A DNA stretch of 64,000 nucleotides, taken from the NCBI GenBank assembly GCA_022605425.2, contig CM061253.1, positions 372,001 to 436,000 of the forward strand, read 5' to 3'. Within the stretch, counting starts at the first letter, position 1; each line of letters starts with the position of its first letter. Shown here in pieces: positions 1-12,070 of this stretch. A program made the position numbers and the translations under genes. The notes beneath the pieces were generated by a model. That model did no database searches. It worked only from the letters and a program-made list of their open reading frames with translations, and was not told the origin of the DNA. Origin of the DNA: Hamiltosporidium tvaerminnensis FI-OER-3-3 (lineage: Eukaryota; Fungi; Microsporidia).

Positions 1-99
1 TATTCACACTTCTTATGATTTAAAATGCGGCATTTTTGGGAATAGGATCCGATTTATCACGAGAAACTTCTAAATCACAGATAATTATTGGTTTAAGCT

Positions 100-1900
100 T
101 CGTAATTATGTGTGTTTATCTGCGCTCGTTTATATTTCTGATGGTATATTACATATTAGCTTGTGTTTCATAAAGTTTTATACAATGGTTAATTTCATAC
201 TTTTATATTATAAAAAACGGCTCTGATGTGACAAAATTACTAACACGCTTTTTTCTGCAATATAATTTATTTCTTGACTGTAATTATGGGATATCTACTC
301 CGGATTTATTCAAAAGATTTCGTCCTTAAACTTGTAATTTTCCGATTTGAAATATTGAAAAAACCGATTTTTGTGTTTTTAACCATTTTTTGCTTGTCTT
401 ATACAAATCATAAATCTTAAAAAATAGGCAATATTTCTTTTAATTCGATCATCTTTTTTTTAGAAACTTTTCCAAATTTTTGTACAAAGCTCCTAAATAT
501 ACTTGTCTTTAGTAAGATTACGGTTTATATAACAATCCAAAATGGTTTTTTATAAGAAAAATTTATGACATAATTTGCTATATTAATATTTATCAAATAG
601 GCTTACTGAATCACCAAATGCATGTAAGCTACAAAGTAGTAGTGCAAGAATTATTTATCTAGGGTGTTTGGGCTCTTTAAGATTTAGTTCTCTGACAGTG
701 AAATATATCAAATATTCTTTAATAGTGCAATCTTATTTTACTTTTATTGTTAGTTAAGACGGCTTTAATATAAATAAGTATAGATTTTTTTAGATTGGAA
801 ATTTGTTCTTTTCATTTAATTATACTAAGTAACTCCTTCTAAACTTCTTTTGTGCCTATAAAAAAGACTAATATCTAGCAATAAGGCGAAAATAATTCAC
901 CATTACTTATATTTTACAAGCTTTAAGTAAAAAATCTCTGCTGCTAGCGGTACACGCTGAAAAATTTATTTCAACTTACAAATCTAAATCTTTTGGTATT
1001 TTTTATACTTTCGAATAAATTATTTGAACCAAATTTTGTAAAGTATTTAAAATTTTACAAAATAATCGATCTTAAGCCTGTTTTGTAAAAAAAAGAATGT
1101 TGCGTGTTGCAAAATATTATGAATTTTTCAGAATTCGAGATTAGTTGTAAAATTTTTACCTTCATGGTCTTTTAATTCAATGCTGGTAAATGCAATTTAT
1201 ACACTCACAAGTCAAATAAGACATTTCCTTAAGCTCGTCTGAACCATATAAAATGTCTTGGTGTACGAAAATTTTTGTTTTCTTTTGATTACCAAAAAAG
1301 AGCAGTACCTGCTGTGGAAGTATACAGGATTTAGATTTAATAATTATTAAAATCGAAATATACCTGAATTTAAACTGATTAAAATTTTCTATCAGCTTTA
1401 AAATTGTTTAATTTGTGTAAACTTAAATTTAGTTGTTTAATACTTGTGCACTATTTTTCTATTAAAAATCGAAAATATTGTTTCAATAGTGTTTTTAAAC
1501 TAACAAATCATACGTTAATAGATTTTTTGAAGGTTTCTGTTCTCTTTCTATAAAGATACCTGATCATATTATATACTGTTTATCAAAGATTTATTAATCT
1601 TTATTTTCAATAAAAAATTCGGTTATGCTGAAGCTGACTTTCAATGACTATTCGGTATATATTATGTATTTTTTTAATGCTATTGTTATGCTACGAGTAA
1701 TAGGATATAAAATGTTTCTGATATGATACGAGTATTAAGAATATAGAATTTTTAGGATGTGCAATATATGGTATTAAGAAAATTATTTTTGATTTCTATC
1801 CCCTAAGATTTATTGGCTGTTAAGCATCGATTCGTATTTCTACCCTCAAATCATTGGTATAATTTTTATTTAGATTTTTGTTCATCAAGAAAAAATTCAT
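100..1900 (-). pseudogene. Decayed leucine-rich-repeat protein gene relic
   Basis: Minus-strand fragments translate to LRR-like pieces (SIKQLNLS, LIENFNQ, TVRELNLKE) resembling the intact LRR gene at 29258 (SVISLNLS...LIDNFKNL). Many stops and frameshifts; boundaries approximate. Confidence 0.35.
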
Positions 1901-2048
1901 CGAAGCAAGATGTGATTATATACAAGCCCCGAATAATTGTAGAAAAGATTTATGTTTTCAACTAATGCCCTAATTTTATGCTCTTAGGTCTAAATCAATC
2001 ACTAGATTTTAACTTTATTACAAGTATTTCTATCGTTGGTACCTTTTC

Positions 2049-2166
2049 AGCCTAATTTCAAAAAAAGTCATTTTTGACGCCAGTATTCATTTTTAATTAT
2101 TTGATCATCAAAATATGTATAAATATGAATACTGGCGTCAAGAATGACTTATTTTGAAATTAGGCT
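2049..2166. repeat. 42-bp inverted repeat around a 34-bp spacer (MITE-like)
   Basis: 2049-2090 agcctaatttcaaaaaaagtcatttttgacgccagtattcat is the reverse complement of 2125-2166 with 2 mismatches. Confidence 0.85.
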
Positions 2167-2586
2167 AAAATATATTATATTATGATGTATTGTACAGCCG
2201 GCTTTTATTTCATACTATAGATAAAGAAATTTACAAGTGTAAACCATAAATGAATTTATAGAAATGTAAAATCTATGACTTGGTCATTTCAAAATAGTAT
2301 ATATTGCTGGTCTAGAAGCATATATGAATGCCTCTAGTAAGTTTAGCTATTTTCTAAGAGCAAATTGGCTTTTTGCCTAACTCTTCGGCATTTTCCAGCT
2401 TGATTTGCTTTTATATAATTCGTAAAAAATATTTTTTAGTATATTTTTATCGGTTTTTTTAATTTAAAATATTAATTTAATCTTGATAAAGTATTTATTA
2501 AATTAAAAAAACAAAAATTATATGAACCTTGATCCCTTCAAGAACATTTAAAATGTATATTTATTTATGGAATTTAGCCCCGTTTA

Positions 2587-4729
2587 ATGAAATATATATT
2601 TACGAAAAAAAATCTGTATGAATTTTTTGTTCGAATTTTTTTTGTATGTAGAATCTACAATAGTTTGATAACTAATAATTCAGCCCGTGATATTTTAATC
2701 AACAGAAAGGATAGAGCTGTTATAGAGTCAAAAAACTCTAAAAATTCTATACCGCTAACTCCATCATTAAGTGAATATTCTGATGTATACGCATCAGTTT
2801 TATCCCAGCCACGAAAAGAAGAACGTAATATATCCGTTCCTAGAGAAAATTATTGTTCCAATGAACATATAAATTACTACGGAACCCATAGGTTCTGTAA
2901 AAACACTAAATCAGATGTTCAACTAAAAAATGGCTCTGATGAATCTCATCAGAATTTTTCGAATATACAATATAGTCAAAATCATTTTCTCGAAAGATGG
3001 TCGCAAAATCAATTCAATAGTGATAATGGTATGTTTTATGGAAGCAATAACATGCCCATGTTGTTTCCAATGCGTTTAGAAAGTTTAATACCGATTCCAT
3101 ATCAAAATATTGATCGGTCGGTTTCAACAGAATAGGAATCAGAATTTCAGAACTTTAAACCTGGTTTTAATGAGTATCCAGGCAATAAAGATCCAGAGGT
3201 GTGTTTAAATCAAAATACTGTGGCATATCCAAGATATGTTGATCAGCAGTACATTGATTTAGATTCAAATGTGTCATTAAATCGACAAGAACGATCATCT
3301 AATTCTGAAATCACAAAAAGGCATGATTCGCACAAGAGAAAACAGAATGATATAATACTTGATTCTTCGAATCCAAAAAAAATATGCACTGAATTAAATA
3401 CAAATTTTAATATCATCACTCATTTGCAACCATCAGCTGCTATATCTTTTACAGAGAAGAATAATCAAATAAATAATGAAAGTGTTAAAACAGAATCAAA
3501 ATATTATGAACTTGCTATACAAACCGTGACTAGATTCATGGACAAAAATGCATAAGTTTTATTGCGAAAATTATAAATATTTTTTGTCTTTTATTCCCTG
3601 CTTATATCAAGAAATAGAATTTGAAAGCCATGAAAAATCTTTTGACTTAATAAACACAAATCCAATATTTTCCCATATATCGCGTAATAATTGGAATACT
3701 TACATTGATGCGCAATTAGATAATTACAATTCTATAATCGTGGATTCAGAAAACGAGTTTAACCGAATATTAGAGTTTGGTGAAGGTCTTATATTTTACG
3801 AAAAATATTTTCCAAGCCATGTTTCGCCTACGCAATTAATATGTTTGTACGAGACGATGTTGTCCGTTTTGCTCAAAATAAAGACAGAAAGTAATTTTGG
3901 TTTATTTTATGAACTTATCAAATTCGTTGCATATTATGAATATAATTTATATGATCACGTTGATTTACATCACAATTTATATGTGTATTTTATTTTGTCA
4001 ATTATTTCAAAACAATTAAAAAACATCGATTTAAGTATATTTCTGCATATTAAAGTTGAAAACTGCACCAAGGATATAATATGTCAACCTTTTGACAATA
4101 AAAGGTGCCAGGAACATCGCAAATATTTTTATTTGCAAAGATTGTTTTCTAAACTTCTATTAGGAATGAAAAACGGTAAATTAAGAACGAAGTTTTATGA
4201 TATAGTTATTATTCTGGAATTATCCTCGTTAAAGCATCATTCAAAATTATTTTTCAATCAAACCGTTTATTTCAGGTTCTACTTAAGAGTTTTGGTATCT
4301 TTTCTTTTGGAACCAAAATTTAATTCGTCGCTGGATATTTTAGATAAGTTTTTACAGTTTTCGATTGATATTTTAAATCTTAAACGCGATTTTACAGTTA
4401 CTTTTTCAAAAGAAATAAAATCTATGATTGAAAAGTTTGAGCTTGGCGCCTTCACTGTGGAATTAAATCTTAAAATTATAGATGAAGTTCGGGTCCCTAA
4501 TATAGGAAATAAATTCTATATTCAGGGATTAGCCTATCTACGCAAGAAATTTTTACCTTCGTCTATGGAAACATCGTTTACGGACATGTTTTTATCTTTA
4601 AATGATATTATTATGTCAGAAATGTGTTTGAGTGGATATCTTTCGAAAATCTACGAATGTGTGAATTATGATTTAGAAGTTATGCGCCTTGGTTTGAAAG
4701 TAATATATGAAAGAAGGTTGAAAATATAA
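2587..4729 (+). pseudogene. Disrupted lineage-specific hypothetical protein gene (~710 aa if repaired)
   Basis: ORFs 2587-3135 and 3199-3555 share a frame and are separated by a single TAG (3133-3135). The ORF at 3548-4729 overlaps at an A-run frameshift. Hydrophobic N-terminus, and CCCC just upstream of ATG 2587. Confidence 0.65.
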
Positions 4730-5649
4730 TTAAATCATTTATTAAAAATATGTATGTGCTCTTGGAAAAAAATTATTTCATAAAAAACTCTTACATAAAA
4801 GTATTAAATTTTTTTATGTCACTCGTAATATATTTATTTGGTAAAAAAATAAAATATAGATTGATTTTTTGTATTAATATGATCTGGCTTGTTTTTTGCC
4901 TTTAATATAACAATTTTTTACATTTTTTCATAAATGATATTTATCCTCAATAATGCAAATATTAAACGAGTAAAAACTCAAGGTTTTTTGGTACATTTTT
5001 TTAAATTTCGTGATAGAAAATTATATTTAGTTTTTTTCATTAAATATTTAGTATTATAAAACTATTTGTCTTACTTAAATTTTTCCTCTAGACAAAAGTA
5101 AAAACCAACAGATCATCTCAACAGCTAAATCATAAGAGGTCTGAATTGATTTTAAATTTGGTTTTTTTTGAAGAAAACAACCGTTTTGGTCGTAAACTCG
5201 ATTGTTTTGCAAAGAAAAATAACAATTTCAATTGAATAAAAATATTATTAAGTTACCATTTTTAGAAATATAAAGAAAAATTATAGAAATAGAAATATTT
5301 TGAAAAAAATAAACGGAAGAAAAAATTTTAAAGAAAAGAATTTTTTTCAAAAGATCAAATAAAAAAAATCAGAAAAATTTTAAAATATCGTTAATTTTTA
5401 ACTCATACTTCATTTTAATTTTTGCTTCTATATCTTATCTCTGGTTTTTTTGGGTATTGTAAATGACGCTTTTTCTTCTTTATATAAGAATATGAAAGTT
5501 GTAAAAACTAAACAAATATGATCTATCTTGAAAATTACACATTAAAAAAGGCTTGAACGAATTCTATTTTTTTTCCCTTAATTTATACAAGTTAACAGGA
5601 GTTTATAACAAAGAAAAACTTGCGGACAGAATAAAATAACAATAAAACA

Positions 5650-6350
5650 CCAAGAAATTTTTTAGTAAGAAAATCTACTAAAAACGCACATACAGAATAT
5701 GAAATCCAAAATTAGCAATTAAATGCTCAATTTTGAATTTAAATCCAAGGGGATTGCCGTAAGTCCTAGTCAGAGGCATCCTCTCACAGCTTTTATCACT
5801 TTCGACAGTGAGGCAGAATAAAAAAAGACATTTAAAAACAAAATTTATCAAAACTTTTCAGCTATTTCTTAGTGAAACACTAATGGAGTCATTCTTTGCT
5901 GTAAAGAATCAGACATAATCTATGGAAAGCCCGTTTTTTAAATAAAATTCAGCGAGTTGCTGTTTAATACGACCTAAGCAAGGATTAATCTGTTTTTTTC
6001 GAATTATTATCAAATTTTGAAATTCCAGCGGTGTTATAAACTATCTTGCTGCCTATGGTTAATCCGTCAATATGTTTAATAGCCGAAATAAGTCTTCAAA
6101 ATCATATAAAACCACCCTTTTATCATCTCTTGTAACTTTGCACAAAATATACGATGTGAATTTTATGGGAACCAAAAAACATATAATAATATCTTAAATA
6201 TATCAAACGATTATTGTTGTTGTAAATAAGACGCAATATAAGGCTACCCGATGAGTAGGAGACAAAAATGGTTTATAAATATTTTTTTGCCCTATAATGT
6301 GCTTTAAATTATAAAACGGGGTAATATTTCAGCTGATTCGTTGTTACAAT
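5650..6350 (-). mobile_element. Highly decayed Ty3/gypsy RT-RNase H relic
   Basis: Minus strand gives EDASD*/GLTAI (cf. the RNase H motif DASxxGLGAVL) near 5750-5800 and CKVTRDD (cf. YxDD) near 6120-6140, in the expected order. Confidence 0.3.
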
Positions 6351-6584
6351 TTATTGAAATTCAATTTTCATTTTATGTACACTGATAATTTATTTATTTT
6401 ACATTTTGTAATGATAAAACATTTATTTTTTTAGAATTTTTTTATAAAAACTAATATTTTCTTTGGAAATATAATTTTTTGATATAAAAGTTGTTTTTTT
6501 TTTAAAATTGTGACTTATTTTTTATTGAATCCGATTTTCTAAATCAAGTCTTCTGAAATTTATTTAGTTTTTGTCAGAATACCC

Positions 6585-7850
6585 ATGAAGATAAACACAA
6601 TAACCCGTGATTATAGAGATACAGTTAAAGAAAGAAAAAACGATATAAATAAACGTTCTTTTACTAAAGATTCCCTACATCATCCATTTTCCAAGGAAAG
6701 AGAATATATTAGAGCATTGAATGCTACAAAAATTGAAAGACTTTTTGCCAAACCGTTTTTATATGCTTTAAGTGACCATAAAGAAGGCATTAAAGGTATT
6801 GAATTACATGGTGATTCCGTAATTTCTTATAGCTTCGATAATTCTGCTATATTATGGTCTTTGGATGAAAAGCGAAAAATTTGGACTTTTGATATGGAAA
6901 AAACCATTTTATCAGCTGACATTAACGACAGGGGAATGTGTATTACACAAGGAAACGAATTATTTTATTATTCAAAAATAAAAGAAGATGAAAGTATTAA
7001 AAAAGAAATAAAAGTGAAACACAAATTTTCATGTGATGGAATGTTTAATTGTGTAAAATTACAGGAAGAACTTTGCTGTGCAACCACCAACGGATTAGAA
7101 ATATTTGATTTTGAAAAAAAGAAAAGTGCTATTCAATTAGGGAAAGAATCTTTCCATGGGTGTTTTTTAAGTAATAAACAACCAAATATTATTCTTTGCA
7201 CATTTTCGAATGAAATTTATTTATTTGATAAAAGAGAAAATAAAAGTGTTGGCAAAATAGAAAATGGCATCAAAACAAATGAAATTTGTTGCAATCAAAT
7301 GAGAGAAAATGTATTTATAAGTGCGAACGAAGATACCAATTTATATTTACACGATCTTAGATATCTTTCAAAACCAACTACAACTTATAGAAACCATGTG
7401 AATTCTGTTTTGAGCGTAGATTTCAAACCAAATGGTGAGGAATTTATAAGCGGTAGTTACGATAAAACAATACGAATATTTAGAACAGATGACTGTAGAA
7501 GTAGAGATGTTTATTACAATCAAAGAATGCAAAATGTTTATGGTGTTAGATATTCAGAATGCGGAATGTTTGTAGTTTCTGGAAGTGATGATGGTTCTAT
7601 AAGGGTTTGGAAAAGTAATGCATCTCATAAAGAAGGTAAGTTAACGCGCAGAGAAAAAGAATCTTTGAAATATTCTGAAATTTTAAAAGAAAAATTTTCA
7701 GATTTTCCAGAAATCAAGCAGATTTCGAAGCATAGATTTTTACCTAAAAAATTAAGAAATGAAATGAAAGATACACATTTCCATTATAAAGCAGACGAAA
7801 GAAAGAAGGCATTATATGAAGAAAAAAGGAATCTTAAAAAAGAAAGATAA
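6585..7850 (+). CDS. SOF1: WD40 U3 snoRNP/SSU processome protein Sof1/DCAF13
   Basis: MKINTITR..HPFSKEREYIRALNATKIERLFAKPF N-terminus, WD repeats (SGSYDKTIRIF, SGSDDGSIRVWK) and Sof1 C-terminus (ISKHRFLPK). CCC directly before ATG. Confidence 0.96.
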   Translation: MKINTITRDYRDTVKERKNDINKRSFTKDSLHHPFSKEREYIRALNATKIERLFAKPFLYALSDHKEGIKGIELHGDSVISYSFDNSAILWSLDEKRKIWTFDMEKTILSADINDRGMCITQGNELFYYSKIKEDESIKKEIKVKHKFSCDGMFNCVKLQEELCCATTNGLEIFDFEKKKSAIQLGKESFHGCFLSNKQPNIILCTFSNEIYLFDKRENKSVGKIENGIKTNEICCNQMRENVFISANEDTNLYLHDLRYLSKPTTTYRNHVNSVLSVDFKPNGEEFISGSYDKTIRIFRTDDCRSRDVYYNQRMQNVYGVRYSECGMFVVSGSDDGSIRVWKSNASHKEGKLTRREKESLKYSEILKEKFSDFPEIKQISKHRFLPKKLRNEMKDTHFHYKADERKKALYEEKRNLKKER

Positions 7851-9573
7851 TTAATCCATAGATTTTACCGTGAAGAAAGAAATAATTTTTAAGAACAAAA
7901 AACGAATTTAAGAAGAATCTTTATTTTAAAGATGTGCTATTAAAAAAACTTATATCCTTGATTTAAAAAACTCATAAAATTATTCACTTTAACTTTTAAA
8001 TCAATAACAGTTCAGATAATAAAATTTAAAATATAAAATTAATGATTAAAAATATTCAACTTAAATGGCAACCAGTGAATAAATTATTTTTTTCTTAAAT
8101 ATTTATTCTATAAATTAGTTTTTAATGTTTTTATTATTTGCTTTTTCGATAGAATGTTCAATAACGTTCTTTTGTAAGTTTTTCATCAGTAAAAATCTAT
8201 CCGATTTGTTCTTTGCTGATTTTTTAATGTATTTAGTAGGTTTGGTTTGTATTTTTATTTTCTTATGTATTTTTTGTGGCATTTTATGGGTATCTTTCTA
8301 CATTGAATTTTTAAAAAGAAAGAAAATATAATATTTTTTTTCAAAATAACAGTTAAATATATCTTTCTTAATTTTAGGAGCAATTCTAAAAACAATAAAA
8401 ATGAAAATTAAACATATTTCTTATTCAATTTGATTCAAACTCAAAAAAAAACATATAAATAGGGTTTTTATTGTTACTTAATGAAATTAAAATTTATTTT
8501 TGAATTGCAAACCAAATATTAATTCGTTTCAAAATTGATTTTGAAACAAGAAATTTCCGAAAAAAATAAGCGAAAAGTCATGTATAATATGTTTCACATA
8601 CGTTTCTTACATTCTCGTAACTTTTTTTAGCCTATGAGTTCGATTTTGTACATTTGATTATTTATTTTGTAACTAAATGCTACATTTAAAATATTTATTT
8701 ACTTTACATATCTTTTTTCAAGTGTATCACTAAATTATTGAAAGGTCGGCTGTATCCCTATTAATTTTTGCTCTAGTACATGTAGTTCATGATTTCTATT
8801 TGCAGTGCAATTGAATATTTTTTCTAAATCAAAATAAATGATATCGACTCTATATTCATACAGAAAATGTGTCTTTAATAAACATTTCATAGAAGTTTAA
8901 CAATTTTTTGTAATGGTCAGTATGAATATCATCCTGAGTTATCAGATAAAAAATTTTTTCTCTCTTGCTTATATTCATATGGGCTTAAACCTGTTTTTGA
9001 TGCTTTTTTTAACTTAATTTTTTTTCAAATAATGAAAGTAAATTTAGTGAATAAATCGGTTATATTCTTAGTATACATATGCATGATCTGTTTTTCAATG
9101 ACTTATACATGTTCATATAATGGCATTAACCGATGGTTATACATATATCATTCATTATTCTAATTATTTTATACAGTACATGTGATTTGTTCTGAAGACC
9201 AAAATAAAAATAGTTTATAAATTGAAGTGCAGGGTTGGAATTTATTTTTTTCATATATTCTAAATCATATCTAAATTATTTTAATATATTTTATGATATA
9301 CTCAGATTTATAAATACATTAGTGTTAAATTACATGTTTATTGCCTCTAAAAGCATTTATCAGAAATTTTATATTTTCTTTGTAAACATTCAAATATTCA
9401 ACTTTCAATTAGACAAATTTATATTGGTTTTGTAAAATTAAATTTACTGTTTTATTTGATTTATATAAAATTTCAAATTGCTTCGCTAAACATTTATTCG
9501 CCATTTAGAATAAAAGAAAAATATTTTTTATCGAATAAAATATATTGAGAACTGCAGAATACCCCCCTTTGAA

Positions 9574-9738
9574 ATGGAAAAATTTAATGAATTACTACAT
9601 GAATTTGAAAAGGAAATTAAACAGTTGCAAATAGAAGAAAATAAATTTATAAATGATTTTTATCTTATTTATGAAAATAAAAATGTAAAGAAAATATCAA
9701 ATTCGGTTTTTTACAACACTATAAATGTAATTCTTTAA
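9574..9738 (+). CDS. Putative small protein, 54 aa (MEKFNELLHEFEKEIKQLQIEENKF...), below the ORF-track cutoff
   Basis: ATG is preceded by CCCCCC-TTTGAA and AT-rich upstream sequence, matching the start context of real genes in this window. N-terminus is coiled-coil-like. Confidence 0.5.
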   Translation: MEKFNELLHEFEKEIKQLQIEENKFINDFYLIYENKNVKKISNSVFYNTINVIL

Positions 9739-9949
9739 AATGTGTGTTTGAGGAATAAATATTTTTCTAAATTATTTTTATATACAAATAGACCTAGAAA
9801 ATTATTGATTTTAAATATAAAAACATCAAATTTTGATTCAAAATGAGAAACAGTTTTTAAAAATAAATTTTCTTATAATTGTATTGTATTGTATTCTATT
9901 AGATTACTATTCTAAATCATAATAAAAATATGAAATTTTCCAAATTATG

Positions 9950-10680
9950 AGTGGAGGAAGGATAACCACATAAAAAACTTTCTGCTTGGCAATGAGTGTG
10001 TGAAACTGGTGTGAGGTCATTGTTTGGATTTTTGGTGGGAATAAAACCACACTACATCTTCGGTTGTTCCATAGGAGTTGCTATGAAGAGGAGAGGTCTA
10101 AGAAATGCAGAAACTTTTTTTACAAATATATTTGTAGTTTTTTATGTAACCAGATTGCAGACCGCAGATGAACATGTAGGTAATTGCCATGTAAAAGCAT
10201 GAAAGCCTAGCCTTGCTTACTCGGATTAGAAGACTTAGCGCCTGGGAGATATAAAAATAAAACCTATTAAAAGCCGGGAAAGCTAAGTAGCAGGTTATAC
10301 CTGTTGGTATGACATTGCACTTTCTAGGTGGACCCCATGTAAATCTCCGAAATATTTCTTAGCTAGAAGTTTATTGGGTTCAGAAAGTGTAGAGTAAGTG
10401 GGAATGCTGCATAGTCTTGGGGGACCCAGGGGGGGGGGGCTTCGGCCTTCGATCACACTCCATGCAACGGACATTAACGAACTCCGGGCAACTGCCTCGC
10501 CTATTAATTAGGTTTTACACACCTGGTAGATGAAAGGCTTTGGGACGTAGGTATCGCAGGGATTACCGATGGAGTGTTGGGGTAGCAGTTATTTATGTTA
10601 AACCTAGAACTGCGTTAATGTCATGAAAACAAATATAACACTTGCCACTATTGTAAAAAGATGTGATATTTTTAAATAAA
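9950..10680 (+). repeat. ~720-bp non-coding structured dispersed element, copy A
   Basis: Aligns end to end with 19852-20577(-), 11361-12070(+) and 53661-54364(-). No conserved ORF; multiple helices and tetraloops. Confidence 0.9.
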
Positions 10681-11174
10681 GACTTTTTCATAATATTTAC
10701 GAATATTTTATAACTCATTCAGACATTTTTAAAGAAAATAAAAAATTAGATTTTGATACAAAAGTCATCTTATTTGCAAAGAAAAAGAAATTAGATAAAA
10801 TATTTTAAATAAATGGTCTTTCGACCAAATTCCCAAAAATTATTTTGATCGTACTTGGCCAAATGCACGGAAAACATAAGGAAAAGACAAATGTTTTATA
10901 CGACTGCAAATGGCAGATCAAGGGGTATAAATTTTTATGTTTTTATAAAAAAATGGATGCTTATATTTAAAGGATATTTTACAAGTTATAAAATATTTAT
11001 ATATATTTCTATCAGATCTTTCTACTTAAAATTTAAATCTCAATTGTCTTGAAACCAGATTTTATAATTTTAATAGAATTTTAATTCTCATCCTATCAAT
11101 TTTTATATAAATTCTAAATTTAAAAAAAATTATTTAAAACAGAAAAACCGAATCTTTCAATAAAAATAATTCAT

Positions 11175-11375
11175 TTTTAAAGTTTTGATTTAATTCATAG
11201 AAAGAATAAGGATAACCTCTTTAATAATTAACTATTTACCAAAAATTATATTAATTTTAAAGTTTTGATTTAATTCATAAGTAGAATAAGGATAACCTCT
11301 TTAATAACTAACTATTTACCAAAAATTATATTAATTTTAAAGTTTTGATTTAATTCATAAGTAGAATAAAGATAG
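11175..11375 (+). repeat. 80-bp tandem repeat (~2.5 copies) covering the 5' junction of element copy C
   Basis: agttttgatttaattcata recurs at 11181, 11261 and 11341. Confidence 0.9.
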
Positions 11376-12070
11376 CCTAATGTATAACTATCCGCTTGTA
11401 AATTATTAGTGAAAAATGATGTAAAAACCATTGTTTAAATTTATGATGAACTAAAAAACCACCCAAAAATTTTAATTTCTCATCGATGATTTAGATTTTG
11501 AGAATAAAAAAGTTTAGGAAAAAGTTAAAAATTTTTATCAAACACTTGATTTATAATTATAACCTCTATTAAAACACTTGAATACGATTTCCGTAATTTC
11601 TATCTAAAAATATGAAAATTAGACTTGATATTAGAGTTAGAAGACTAAGCACCTGAGAACTACAGAAAAAACGACCACTATAGAGTAAAAAAAGCTAAAT
11701 ACTGGGTTATAGTTGTTGATATGACATTGCACAGTCTAGATAAACCGTATATAAACTATTGAGATATATCTTAGCTAGAAATTTATTAGATTCAGAAAAA
11801 GTGAAGTAAAGATTTCAGTGTAGTCTTGGATGATCTAAGGTTAAGCTTTAACCTTCAGTTATACACCAGACAACTTACTTTATGAACGCCACTGAAACAC
11901 CTCACTTCTTATTTGATTCTAAAAATTTAAGATGAAAATCTTAAAAATGTAAGTATAGCAAATACACCAGTAAATGTCTCTAAATACTTATTTATGTTAA
12001 ACCTAGAACTACGTAAATGTCATGAAAACAAATATAACACATGTCCATTTTAGATAAGAGAGATGTTAAA
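11361..12070 (+). repeat. ~720-bp element, copy C (full length, AT-decayed)
   Basis: Colinear matches to copy A: gtagaataaagatagcc, agaagactaagc, atgacattgcac, tcttagctagaa, ttatgttaaacctagaact..gtcatgaaaacaaatataacac, agatgtt. Confidence 0.85.

Noticed and set aside
9996-10202. 68-aa ORF inside element copy A
   Set aside because: GTG start; the frame is broken by indels in copies B, C and D, so it is not conserved coding.
10390-10412. Resemblance of gagtaagtgggaatgctgc to LSU rRNA
   Set aside because: Too short; none of the flanking universal rRNA motifs are present.
10150-10420. Group I or group II intron identity for the 720-bp element
   Set aside because: Only a P7-like hexamer pair. 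No convincing P/Q/J8-7 consensus, no group II domain V or GUGYG...AY ends, and copies do not interrupt genes.
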